Source: a virus. From it: a DNA stretch of 16,215 nt. Of the stretch, positions 1-8,031 are shown in pieces. Position numbers and translations under genes: made by a program. The stretch lies in IMG/VR virus record IMGVR_UViG_3300032217_000984, one strand, 5' to 3'. Each line of letters starts with the position of its first letter. The first letter of the stretch is position 1. Below the pieces are notes generated by a model. That model made no database searches. It had not been told where the DNA came from and worked only from the letters and a program-made list of their open reading frames with translations.

Positions 1-32
1 CCCCCCCGGGGGGGGCCATTCCTGTTGGGCAC
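1..32. repeat. Left copy of a 32-bp direct terminal repeat (C7 G8 CCATTCCTGTTGGGCAC), an assembly-overlap or terminal-redundancy signature
   Basis: Bases 1-32 are identical to 16184-16215 by direct comparison. The repeat runs exactly from window start to window end. Confidence 0.95.
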
Positions 33-38
33 CGCGCT

Positions 39-1799
39 GTGGGTACCACGAAAACGAACGCGCGCCGTAAGCACCGGAAAGCGGTGCCTTTATGCGCACA
101 GCAGGCCGACGCCTACGCCCGGGAGGTGGTGGACGGGTCCATCGTGGCCAACGTGCGGGTGCGCGCAGCGTGCGCGCGCTACCTGCAACACCGGACGGAC
201 CCGGACGCGTGCGGCGTGTGGTGGGACGACGACGCCGCAGAGGCGGCCCGCGCCTTCGCGCTGAGGTGCGGCCAGGGCGCCGAAGCTGGGGCAGGGCAGC
301 CGCTGGTGTGGCTGCCGTTCCAGTGCATGATTGCCATGCTCATGGTGGCAATGCGGCGCGTGGTCGACGGCCGCCGCACCGACACGCCAGCCGTCAAGGT
401 GCTGCTGACGACGATGGCGCGCGGCAACGGCAAGACCGAGTTCGCTGCCAGCCTGATTGCGGCGGCCATGCGCGACCCCACTGGCCGGCTGGAGTTCGCC
501 AGCGTCGCGCCCGACGGCCGGCTGGCGCAGAAGACGTTCGAGCGCTTGGCGGTGATGACGCAGACGCTTGGCGGGGCGGAAGCCGAATGGACGGCCACCG
601 GCGGCAGCAGCCCGGCGCACCCCGGCAAGGTGCGGCACGGCGGCCACCGCTACACCAGCCTGCCGTGTACGGACAAAGCGCTGGACGGTCTGACGGTCCG
701 CCTGGTGGTGGCCGACGAAGTCGCGCGCATGGAACGGGCGTTCGGTCGCTTGCTCACAGGCTTGGCGAAGTTTGCCACTAGCCAAGCGCTGCTGATCACC
801 ACGCCCGATCCCGAGCAGCGAACGCGCCCCATTGCAGGGTATTTGGATGCCTGCGAACGCGCCTTGGACAGCGGCGAAGCCTTCCCGGCGGGGTGGTGGG
901 CGCTGCTTTACGGCTTGGACCGGGACGATCAGGCAGCAGACCCGTCCACCTGGCAGAAGGCGCACCCGGCGCTAGGCGTCCTGATCGACCGGACGCAGCT
1001 CGAATTGGCCGCCCGAACCATGCTGGAAAGCGGCGACCCGGCCCAAATTGCCGAGTTCGAAACGCAGTTGGCGTGCCGTTACCACGAAGTAGCGACAACC
1101 GATATCGACCTATCCGTCCTGGAAAGGCAGATGGTCGATACCGATTGGGGGCGGTTGAGAGGCGCGCCAGCCGTCATTGGGCTGGACCTGTCCAGGGGCG
1201 GCTACGGCGCGCAACTGGACTTTACTGCTCTTTGCATCATGGTGGTGGACGGTAATGTCATCCGGGCGCGGAACATCTGCTGGTGGGCAGGGATGGACAT
1301 GGCCCTGGACGAACGCCGGAGCAAGTGCCCTATTGGCGCATGGGTGGAGCAGGGCTACCTGCGCAAGATGCCGGGCGAATGGCACTGCATGGAAACCATT
1401 GCTGCAGCCATCGAAGACGCCATGCAGACCTACGACGTCCGCAAGATCGGGGTTGATCCGCACCCAGCGCAGGCGAAAGACATCCGCAAATGGCAGGACC
1501 GTGGCTGGCCGGTGATCCCCATCGACCAATCCATCCGCACGATGGCACCGGCATGGAACCTGTGGGGCACGCTGCTGAAGTCGAAGCAACTGTTCTACCA
1601 ACCCGATCCGGTGCTGCGTTCCGCCTTGAATTCCGTGCGGCTGATCCGCGACAACGTGGGGAACACGCGCCCGGTGAAGGGGCGCAGCGCAGGAAACACC
1701 GACGCGGTGGTGGCGGGGAACATGGCCGCCTTCCTGATGGAAAACCACCAGGTGCGCGAAGCTACCGGGCTAGTGCGTAGCAGGTGCCCAATTGGATAG
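39..1799 (+). CDS. terL: Terminase large subunit (HK97/Terminase_1-like)
   Basis: 586-aa ORF directly upstream of the portal gene. It has a Walker A-like MARGNGKT (nt 414-437) and a Walker B-like LVVADE (nt 702-719), and the N-terminal AYAREVVDG...AC.RYL layout is typical of this terminase family. GTG 39 is the first in-window start, but the frame is open to base 3 and, across the circular junction, back to ATG 16159. Confidence 0.9.
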   Translation: MGTTKTNARRKHRKAVPLCAQQADAYAREVVDGSIVANVRVRAACARYLQHRTDPDACGVWWDDDAAEAARAFALRCGQGAEAGAGQPLVWLPFQCMIAMLMVAMRRVVDGRRTDTPAVKVLLTTMARGNGKTEFAASLIAAAMRDPTGRLEFASVAPDGRLAQKTFERLAVMTQTLGGAEAEWTATGGSSPAHPGKVRHGGHRYTSLPCTDKALDGLTVRLVVADEVARMERAFGRLLTGLAKFATSQALLITTPDPEQRTRPIAGYLDACERALDSGEAFPAGWWALLYGLDRDDQAADPSTWQKAHPALGVLIDRTQLELAARTMLESGDPAQIAEFETQLACRYHEVATTDIDLSVLERQMVDTDWGRLRGAPAVIGLDLSRGGYGAQLDFTALCIMVVDGNVIRARNICWWAGMDMALDERRSKCPIGAWVEQGYLRKMPGEWHCMETIAAAIEDAMQTYDVRKIGVDPHPAQAKDIRKWQDRGWPVIPIDQSIRTMAPAWNLWGTLLKSKQLFYQPDPVLRSALNSVRLIRDNVGNTRPVKGRSAGNTDAVVAGNMAAFLMENHQVREATGLVRSRCPIG

Positions 1800-1845
1800 T
1801 GCAAGTACGAAATAAACGCTTGACGACGCGGGGCAGAATTGTTCC

Positions 1846-2997
1846 ATGCCGCGCGTGGGATTCCTCTCGCGCATTTTCGGCTACTCGAACGCCGTGGTGG
1901 TCTACAACACCCCACCCGCGTCGGCACCTGTTGCCATCACGCAGATCCCTGCGGTGGTGCGCGCTATCCAGCTGATTTCCGCCGACATTGCGCGCCTGCC
2001 GATCAACATCGAACGCGAAGACGGCACCCTGGTGGATTCCCCTGTGGCGTCGCTCCTGAACCGGGAAGCCAGCCGCTGGCAGTCTTCCTTTGAGTTCCGA
2101 CGATACCTCACGTCCTGCGCGCTGAATGACGGTAACGGCATCGCCGTCATCCGCCGCGACAACAACGGAATGGTGGTCGAACTGCAGCCCGTGCCCATCG
2201 GCTCCGTGGTGGCCGAGCTGACCGAAGAGGGCGTTCAGTACCGAATCAACAACGTGGTGCTGACGCAGGATCAGGTGCTGCACGTTGGTGCGTTCCCCGA
2301 CCCGATGAACCCGGCGTGGTTCGTGTCGCCGCTGGATGCGTCGGCGTTCGCCATGCGCCTGGCAGCGGACCAAGAGGCAGCACATCGCGCACTGGTTGCC
2401 ACGGGAAGTACGGGCAAGATTGCAATCCGACACCCGGGCGCGCTGGCCGACGAATCCGTCGAAGCCATCCGCAACGCCTGGCAGTCGATGCACGCCACCG
2501 CTGACGGTGCCAGCCGCCCGCTGATCCTGCGGGAAGGCATGACTGCGGAACGCATCAGCCAGGAAACCAGCACCAGCAGCATCGATTCCCGGCGTTTCAG
2601 CGTGCAGGAAATCGGGCGCGCGTTCGGCGTGCCGCCCGAAATGCTGTTCCAGCAGGGCGGCGGCGCGCTGTCCAGCCAGGCGGAAACGGCGCGCGCCTAC
2701 GCCGACGGCGCCATCAGCGCCTGGGCAACGGCATGGGAAGCAGAACTTACGCGCAAGTTGTGCGCGCCTGGCGAGTACGTGACCATTGACACGCGCCCCA
2801 TCACGCGCGGCAGCCTGAAGGATCAGGGCACGGCATGGAGCAAGTTGGTGTTGGCTGGCATCGCCAGCCCGAACGACGCGCGCCTGGCCATCGGCCTGCC
2901 GCCGCTGGTTGGTTACGACACGCCGACGGTGTCCATGCCTGGCGGCGCAGCCGCTGCCGCGTTTGCACCCGACACGGAGGGCACGGGCAATGATTGA
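1846..2997 (+). CDS. Portal protein (HK97-family)
   Basis: 383-aa ORF between terminase and protease. The N-terminal AVVRAIQLISADIARLP, NDGNGIAVI and C-terminal SVQEIGRAFGVPPEML segments resemble conserved HK97-type portal blocks. Confidence 0.88.
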   Translation: MPRVGFLSRIFGYSNAVVVYNTPPASAPVAITQIPAVVRAIQLISADIARLPINIEREDGTLVDSPVASLLNREASRWQSSFEFRRYLTSCALNDGNGIAVIRRDNNGMVVELQPVPIGSVVAELTEEGVQYRINNVVLTQDQVLHVGAFPDPMNPAWFVSPLDASAFAMRLAADQEAAHRALVATGSTGKIAIRHPGALADESVEAIRNAWQSMHATADGASRPLILREGMTAERISQETSTSSIDSRRFSVQEIGRAFGVPPEMLFQQGGGALSSQAETARAYADGAISAWATAWEAELTRKLCAPGEYVTIDTRPITRGSLKDQGTAWSKLVLAGIASPNDARLAIGLPPLVGYDTPTVSMPGGAAAAAFAPDTEGTGND

Positions 2998-3514
2998 AAT
3001 TCGCACCGGGACGCTGCGCGCAGACGCTGGCAAGTTGGGCGGCTATGCCGCCATCTACAACGCGCCGAGCAAGCCGCTGACCATCCGTGGCCTGAACGGC
3101 GGCAAACCGTTCGTGGAACGCATCGCGCCCGGTGCATTCGATGGCATCGAAGGGCGCAACGTGTCGCTGCTCATTGGGCACGACCGCAGCCAGCTGCTGG
3201 CGAACAGTGCCTCCGGCTTGCTGTCGCTCCGTTCCGATGGCACTGGCCTGGCCTACGAAGTGACCCTGCCGGACACCCAGCGCGCCCGCGACGTGCGCGC
3301 GTTGGTGGAAGCAGGCGTCATGACGGAGATGTCTTTCGGTTTCTACGTGAAGTCTGACGCCTGGAATGGATCGGAACGCACCCTGCATTCCGTCGATCTC
3401 CGGGAGATTTCGATTATCGAAGCGGACGGCGCTGCATATCCGCAGACGAGTGCCGAAGCGCGAAACACCAACGCCGGAATCAACCGGCTCAAACTGCGGC
3501 TAAGGAGCGTTTGA
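2990..3514 (+). CDS. Prohead maturation protease (HK97 / peptidase S78-like)
   Basis: The internal ATG at 2990 overlaps the portal stop by 8 nt. Motifs FVERIAPGAF, LLIGHD and SFGF...LREISII match the HK97 prohead protease pattern. Position between portal and capsid also fits. Confidence 0.85.
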   Translation: MIEIRTGTLRADAGKLGGYAAIYNAPSKPLTIRGLNGGKPFVERIAPGAFDGIEGRNVSLLIGHDRSQLLANSASGLLSLRSDGTGLAYEVTLPDTQRARDVRALVEAGVMTEMSFGFYVKSDAWNGSERTLHSVDLREISIIEADGAAYPQTSAEARNTNAGINRLKLRLRSV

Positions 3515-3515
3515 A

Positions 3516-4742
3516 ATGAAGATTTCCGAGATGCATGAGAAGCGCAAGGCGCTTACCGCCGAGCGGGACACGATTCTGACCGCGTCCGAAATGACTGTCG
3601 AGCAGGAAGCGCGCGGCCACGAAGTCGCCAACGAACTGCAGAAGCTCGATGGCGAGATCCGCGCCGCGCAGATGCGCGAGCGTTTCGCGTCCTACAGCGC
3701 GATGGAGAAGGCCGTCGAAGACGGCAACAAGCGCAACACCGATTGGACCGCAACGACCGAGTACCGCGACCAGTGGATCAACTGGTGCCGTGGTGGCCGT
3801 GCGCCGGAAACCCGCGCCATCGACACGTCGTCGTCCAGCGGCGTGCTGGTCCCGAAGATCTACGAAGCCGGGATCCTGAAGTACCTGGAGCGGAACACCG
3901 TGGTCCGCAACCTGGCCGACCTGCGTACGGGCGTCAAGGGCAGCGTGACCATGCGCGTCAACACCCTGGAAACCGACGCGGCTACGTCGTCGTTCTGGAC
4001 CACCGAGTCCAGCAAGACGGCGACGGCCATTGACGGCGCGTGGGCCGAAGTCAACATGAACCCCGTCGGCGGTCTGCCGAAGTCGGAACTGACGCAGTGG
4101 GTTGTGCGGCAGTCGGATTTCGACGTTGAAACCGAAGTCATGGACAATTTGCAGCGGCAGATTGCCCGTGGTTTGGAGTACGGCTACACCATCGGCACCG
4201 GCAGCGATCAGCCCACCGGCCTGTTCCTGCAGAACGCTAATTTCAAGGGCCTGAGCACCGCCTACAGCGCGGCGCACGCCAGCGGTGCAGGTTGGGATGC
4301 TGCATTCACCGTGGCGCGCCTCACCGAGCTGCGCTACAAGACGCTGCCCGCTGAGTACTGGTCGTCCGCTGCGTGGATCATGTCGCAGGACGCGTACTAC
4401 GCCATCGCGCAGCTGGTCTCTGCGTCCGGTTCCAATGTGCCGCTGTTCGTGCCGTCGTCCGACGCTGGCATCACCAATGCGGCGCCGTTCACGCTGATGG
4501 GACGGCCGGTGTACATCGCACCGTACGCCCCGGGCCGTCAGACGGCAGCCGTGTCGAACAGCATCCCGCTCATGTTCGCCAACGTGTCCGAAGCGTTCGC
4601 CATCCGCGAGTGGGGCGGTGTGAATATGTTCCGCGACGATGTGACCACCCCAGGACTGGTCAAGTTCCAGGGCATGGTGTTCACCAACAGCAAGGTGATC
4701 CGGCCGAAGGCCGTCGCCGCGCTGCGCATCACCCTCACCTGA
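3516..4742 (+). CDS. Major capsid protein (HK97 fold) with N-terminal coiled-coil delta-like region
   Basis: 408-aa ORF with an AAGGAG RBS at 3502-3507. It has a charged helical N-terminus (EKRKALTAERD...) followed by a capsid-like core, and lies immediately after the protease. Confidence 0.9.
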   Translation: MKISEMHEKRKALTAERDTILTASEMTVEQEARGHEVANELQKLDGEIRAAQMRERFASYSAMEKAVEDGNKRNTDWTATTEYRDQWINWCRGGRAPETRAIDTSSSSGVLVPKIYEAGILKYLERNTVVRNLADLRTGVKGSVTMRVNTLETDAATSSFWTTESSKTATAIDGAWAEVNMNPVGGLPKSELTQWVVRQSDFDVETEVMDNLQRQIARGLEYGYTIGTGSDQPTGLFLQNANFKGLSTAYSAAHASGAGWDAAFTVARLTELRYKTLPAEYWSSAAWIMSQDAYYAIAQLVSASGSNVPLFVPSSDAGITNAAPFTLMGRPVYIAPYAPGRQTAAVSNSIPLMFANVSEAFAIREWGGVNMFRDDVTTPGLVKFQGMVFTNSKVIRPKAVAALRITLT

Positions 4743-4760
4743 TAGATCCTTTCATCCGGC

Positions 4761-4790
4761 CGGGGTGGGTGGGTTCGCCCACCCACCCCG
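4761..4790 (+). other. Perfect 13-bp stem with TTCG loop just downstream of the major capsid gene (RNA stabiliser/attenuator candidate)
   Basis: Sequence is C GGGGTGGGTGGG TTCG CCCACCCACCCC G. No T-tract follows, so it is not a canonical intrinsic terminator. Confidence 0.6.
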
Positions 4791-4805
4791 CGCTAGGGGA
4801 TCACA

Positions 4806-5285
4806 ATGCCCATCGACCAAACCAAGGTGCGGAACTGGTCCCGAAAGGGACATACCGAAGACGATACCGCGCTGGGCATCGCGTGGGAAGCCGCGAAGCG
4901 CGAGCTTGAGATGCGCACCGGCTGGTGCGTCGATCCCGTCACGCGCACGCAGTACGTCGCTGCGGAACCGAACAGCGACGAACTGCTGGTACGCCTGGAA
5001 CGCCAACCGGTGACGGCCGTGACGTATTCGGATGCCGATGGCACGGCGGGAACGGCAACCTTGGTCACTATCAACGGCATTCAGTACGCCACGATGTTGG
5101 ACGGGCTGTCATATCCGGTGGTGCTGACGGTGTCCGCTGGCACCAACACGCTAAACCCACTGCTCGAAATGGCCCTGCTGCAGCGCACGATTCAGCTGGA
5201 AGCAAGCCGTGGCGACGACACGATGACGCTGCCGGGCGACTACTGGGACCGCATTTGCCGAATGCTCGGCAAGGGCATCGGGTAA
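4806..5285 (+). CDS. Head-tail connector protein (gp6-like)
   Basis: 159-aa ORF, first after the capsid gene. The N-terminal pattern (VRNW.R....DD..L......AAKRELE..TGW) resembles gp6-like head-tail connector proteins. Confidence 0.68.
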   Translation: MPIDQTKVRNWSRKGHTEDDTALGIAWEAAKRELEMRTGWCVDPVTRTQYVAAEPNSDELLVRLERQPVTAVTYSDADGTAGTATLVTINGIQYATMLDGLSYPVVLTVSAGTNTLNPLLEMALLQRTIQLEASRGDDTMTLPGDYWDRICRMLGKGIG

Positions 5286-5288
5286 GCC

Positions 5289-5633
5289 GTGCCCGGACAC
5301 GTTCCAACCGGGATGCTCCGCATCCCCATGACGGTGCAGAACCCGGTGCGAACCGTGGACGCGTTCGGCCAGGCGAACGAAGCGTGGATCAGCATCGGCA
5401 CCGTGTGGTGCCACGTCGAAGTCGCCAACACGATGGAAGTGGTCGATGACATGGGTCCAGCGGTTCGCACCGATTGGCGGATGCTTGCTACCTGGCACCC
5501 GTCGATCACGACACGCAGCCGCTTGCAGTGGACCGACAGTGGCAGCACGCGGACGTTTAACGTGCGCGCCTGCTGGGACCGCGACCAGCGGCGCAGGCGG
5601 CTCGAAATCGAAGCAACGGAGGTGCTGCCGTGA
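5289..5633 (+). CDS. Head closure / head-tail joining protein (SPP1 gp16-like)
   Basis: 114-aa ORF with a GTG start 3 nt after the upstream stop. The pattern LRIPMTVQ...D.FGQ....W..IGTVWCHVE is typical of this family, and the synteny fits. Confidence 0.62.
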   Translation: MPGHVPTGMLRIPMTVQNPVRTVDAFGQANEAWISIGTVWCHVEVANTMEVVDDMGPAVRTDWRMLATWHPSITTRSRLQWTDSGSTRTFNVRACWDRDQRRRRLEIEATEVLP

Positions 5634-6112
5634 TTAAGTTCACCGCTGATTCTTCCTCTGCCCAGGCTGTCCTGAATGGCCTTCCCCGTGCGCTGTCGGA
5701 GTCGATACGGAAAAAGGCCATTCGGGCAGCCCTGCAGCCGTATGTGAAGACCCTACGGCAGAAATGGCAAGCGTCGTCATACCGTGGCAAGGCACCGCAC
5801 CGCAAGGCAATTGCAGCTGCCACGCAGTTGTCTTCCCCCAAGCGCATTGGAAACGGTGATACGGCCACGATCCGCGCGGAGCTGGGCGTTCAGTACGGGC
5901 GCAAAGGCGGTGCAAAGGCCCGCGGACGCCAACGCGTGTACCACTTGCTCGAGCAGGGATTCAGGCACGTTGCATCCGGCAAGTCGGTTCCTGGTGCAAA
6001 CCGCAGTCTGGCATGGTCGCACGCGAATGTGGCGCGCGCCATGCAGGACGTAGCGGACCAAATCATCATCCAGGCACGCAAAGCGTTGGGGGATAAGAAT
6101 GTCCGTAACTAA
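5630..6112 (+). CDS. HK97 gp10-like tail completion / neck protein
   Basis: 160-aa ORF with a GTGA overlap on the upstream gene. It has the gp10-like layout (N-terminal L..LP.AL segment, later HLLEQGFRH resembling the vEfGt block). Assigned partly by position. Confidence 0.5.
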   Translation: MIKFTADSSSAQAVLNGLPRALSESIRKKAIRAALQPYVKTLRQKWQASSYRGKAPHRKAIAAATQLSSPKRIGNGDTATIRAELGVQYGRKGGAKARGRQRVYHLLEQGFRHVASGKSVPGANRSLAWSHANVARAMQDVADQIIIQARKALGDKNVRN

Positions 6113-6503
6113 CATCCATAAGGCGATATTTGACGTGTTGGACGGCACAGGGAACCCAGTCTGCAGCGGTTTGCGCACCGCCGCGACGCCCACCCCGTGC
6201 TACGTCTACGAAGTCACCAGCATGGAAATGGCCGTGCAGATGCGCGGCGCGGGTGCGCTGAACCACTGGACCGTCGGCGTCGAAGTGAACTGCGTTGCCG
6301 ATACGGTGGCTGACGTCTGCACGCTGATTGACGACGTAATCGCGGAACTGGACAACGGCCCGCTAAACTACACGGCATTTAAATGCAGCATCGCGCTGGC
6401 ATCGTTCGCCATCGCGTTTAGCACCGCTACGCCCGACGACGGGCAGCAGGACGCCGAACGCGTCGGCACCATCACATTGACCCTACTGGTCCAGGAGGAC
6501 TAA
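6099..6503 (+). CDS. Tail terminator-like protein (possible DUF3168-type), assigned by position
   Basis: 134-aa ORF overlapping the upstream gene by 14 nt, lying immediately before the tail tube gene. Confidence 0.4.
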   Translation: MSVTNIHKAIFDVLDGTGNPVCSGLRTAATPTPCYVYEVTSMEMAVQMRGAGALNHWTVGVEVNCVADTVADVCTLIDDVIAELDNGPLNYTAFKCSIALASFAIAFSTATPDDGQQDAERVGTITLTLLVQED

Positions 6504-6505
6504 CT

Positions 6506-6889
6506 ATGGCACTTATCACAGGCTACGGTGGCACGGTTTCGTTCAGCGGGCAGTCTTCCACGAAGGCGAAGTCGATCACCATCAACATGGAACGCGACTC
6601 TTTGGACATTACTGCGCTTGGAGATTTCATTACCAAGCGCGCCCCAGGCCGCGTCCGTCGTTCTGGAACTTTGTCGCTCTATCGCGATTCGTCAACGGAT
6701 ACCGCGTTGAAGTCGCACATGTTCCCGACGACGTTGGTTCTTGCTACTGGCGCAACGCTGACGTTGTCCTACACCGATCAGGGAGGAGTCGCGTATTCAT
6801 CAATGAATGTGCAAATCACTAGCGCGTCGATTTCCGATGATGGCACCGGTGCAGCAATGTGGGAGCTCACCTGGGAGGAGCAGGGTTGA
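6506..6889 (+). CDS. Major tail (tube) protein, small type
   Basis: 127-aa, beta-rich sequence in the position between terminator and chaperone. Its size resembles short tube proteins of GTA-like or small siphoviral tails. Confidence 0.55.
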   Translation: MALITGYGGTVSFSGQSSTKAKSITINMERDSLDITALGDFITKRAPGRVRRSGTLSLYRDSSTDTALKSHMFPTTLVLATGATLTLSYTDQGGVAYSSMNVQITSASISDDGTGAAMWELTWEEQG

Positions 6890-7167
6890 GCATCGACCCG
6901 GCCAAGATCGCACCAGCCGCGCCGCGTACCGTCGAAATCAACGGTATTGGTCCTGTGCTAATTCGACGCCCGCGCCTGGCTGACTTGCTGACGGCAAACG
7001 CGAACCCGTACTGGTGGGCAGCCTGTTGCACCTGCCCGGACGGATCGCCGCTGTTTGCGCCCGGCACCGACATTGGATCCATTGACGCGGAAATCGCCGG
7101 GGCACTGATTGCTGAGGTAAATGCCACCCGCCCTACACAGCCGCCGAAAGGCGGCACTGGCGCATAG
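6886..7167 (+). CDS. Tail assembly chaperone (gpG-like)
   Basis: TTG 6886 overlaps the tube gene stop (TTGA) and sits 6 nt after a strong GGAGGAG (6873-6879). GTG 6859 is an alternative start. The sequence (V.INGIG.V.IRR....D......C.C.PDGSPLF) and the position before the tape measure fit a tail chaperone. Confidence 0.55.
   Translation: MSIDPAKIAPAAPRTVEINGIGPVLIRRPRLADLLTANANPYWWAACCTCPDGSPLFAPGTDIGSIDAEIAGALIAEVNATRPTQPPKGGTGA
7141..7154 (+). other. CCGCC-GAAA-GGCGG hairpin (GNRA-type tetraloop) at the 3' end of the chaperone gene
   Basis: Read directly: a 5-bp perfect stem with a GAAA loop, 11 nt before the TAG stop at 7165-7167. Confidence 0.5.
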
Positions 7168-7190
7168 CCAGCCCGGAGCAGCGACTACAG

Positions 7191-7334
7191 ATGGATGCAG
7201 CACTATCCAACCACCTGACCAGTGAGGAACGCAGAGAACACCTGCTAGGCGTTATTGCCTGCGCGCTGACAGGGCAGCGGCCGCATCAACTGTTCCCATG
7301 GCTACGCACGGATCCGGGGGTTTTCAATGGCTGA
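7191..7334 (+). CDS. Possible gpT-like extension ORF of the tail chaperone (47 aa from ATG 7191; frame open from 7116)
   Basis: Hand translation gives MDAALSNHLTSEERREHLLGVIACALTGQRPHQLFPWLRTDPGVFNG*. It lies in the -1 frame relative to the chaperone, fills the otherwise empty 7168-7326 gap, and ends overlapping the tape-measure ATG (ATGGCTGA). It has no obvious RBS of its own. Confidence 0.3.
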   Translation: MDAALSNHLTSEERREHLLGVIACALTGQRPHQLFPWLRTDPGVFNG

Positions 7335-8031
7335 CAGGTCCATGAAGGCAGTGATTCGCGCAGAGGTTGACCCGCGTGGTGTTGTCAGCGGCGTAGCAGC
7401 AACCAACAAAGAACTGCAGAAGCTCAACAAAACTGCAGCCAGCGCGTCTACGTCGGCGGCTATCTCCGCTGGCATCAGCATGGCGCAGATGGGTATGTCT
7501 GCGCTGCAGCAGGTATTTGCGGCTGTTGAACGTCGTTTTGGCGAGCTGAACAACATCGCCAACAAATATTCCGCAGCAGCAGCCGGTGCGCGCATGGCCG
7601 CCGACGTGGCGATCATCCAGGACAATGTGCGTATTGCGAACGCATTGGCACCAGGCGCGATTCAGGCTTCTCAAGCGGAAGTTGATATCAAGGCAGGCGA
7701 AGCGGCGCGTATGCAACGCAACGCTGGTGCAGTCAACTCCGGCATGGGAGCTTTTGCGCGTACGAAGGGGAACCTTGGCGCCATCACGGACATGGGAACC
7801 GAGATCGCAGGTACAGCGTTGGCTGGAATCGAACAGTTGCTCGGCGGAGATCTATCCGGTTTCATGAAGACCAACGAAGCCGGTCGCGCCCAAATAGGAG
7901 AACTGTTTAACGCGCAGAACTACGCTTACGCCAATGAAACGCCAGGGCGGGGCATGGCTGGCGATACGCAGATGGCCGAGCAAACCGAACTGTTAAGGCA
8001 AATCCGAGACGGTCTGAGGGGTGGACGCTAA
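7327..8031 (+). CDS. Tape measure protein, unusually short (234 aa)
   Basis: Ala/Gly/Gln-rich and predicted helical, with small hydrophobic stretches. It sits directly after the chaperone pair and before the tail-tip genes. Confidence 0.6.
   Translation: MADRSMKAVIRAEVDPRGVVSGVAATNKELQKLNKTAASASTSAAISAGISMAQMGMSALQQVFAAVERRFGELNNIANKYSAAAAGARMAADVAIIQDNVRIANALAPGAIQASQAEVDIKAGEAARMQRNAGAVNSGMGAFARTKGNLGAITDMGTEIAGTALAGIEQLLGGDLSGFMKTNEAGRAQIGELFNAQNYAYANETPGRGMAGDTQMAEQTELLRQIRDGLRGGR

Noticed and set aside
25-264. 79-aa ORF at the left end, and 92..781 in alternative frames to TerL.
   Set aside because: Both overlap the TerL coding frame, which carries clear Walker motifs. Both translate to Arg/Gly/Pro-rich low-complexity sequence.
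1800-1845. A sigma70-type promoter using the TTGACG at 1820-1825 in the terminase-portal spacer.
   Set aside because: No acceptable -10 hexamer lies at 16-19 bp spacing. CAGAAT is only 8 bp away. The gap more probably just holds the portal RBS region.
1762-3033. 423-aa ORF on the minus strand, antisense to the portal gene. Similar long antisense ORFs lie at 90..965, 1110..1748, 3489..4277, 11074..11556, 13363..13884, 13559..14200 and 15186..15752.
   Set aside because: Their composition is Arg/Ala/Gly/His-rich and low-complexity, typical of stop-poor antisense frames in high-GC DNA. Each lies entirely opposite a + strand gene with clear family motifs and coupled starts, and I saw no RBS or motif support.
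4762-4773. GGGGTGGGTGGG as a G-quadruplex.
   Set aside because: Only three G-tracts are present, and the segment is perfectly complementary to the adjacent C-tract, so a duplex hairpin is the far more likely structure.
4761-4790. The hairpin as a canonical Rho-independent terminator.
   Set aside because: No T/U-run follows the stem (GCGCTAGGGG comes next), and essential neck and tail genes lie immediately downstream on the same strand.
7141-7150. CCG AAA GGC as a canonical -1 slippery site.
   Set aside because: It does not fit X_XXY_YYZ. Re-pairing after a -1 shift would mismatch in both the P and A sites, so frameshifting here remains only a positional hypothesis.
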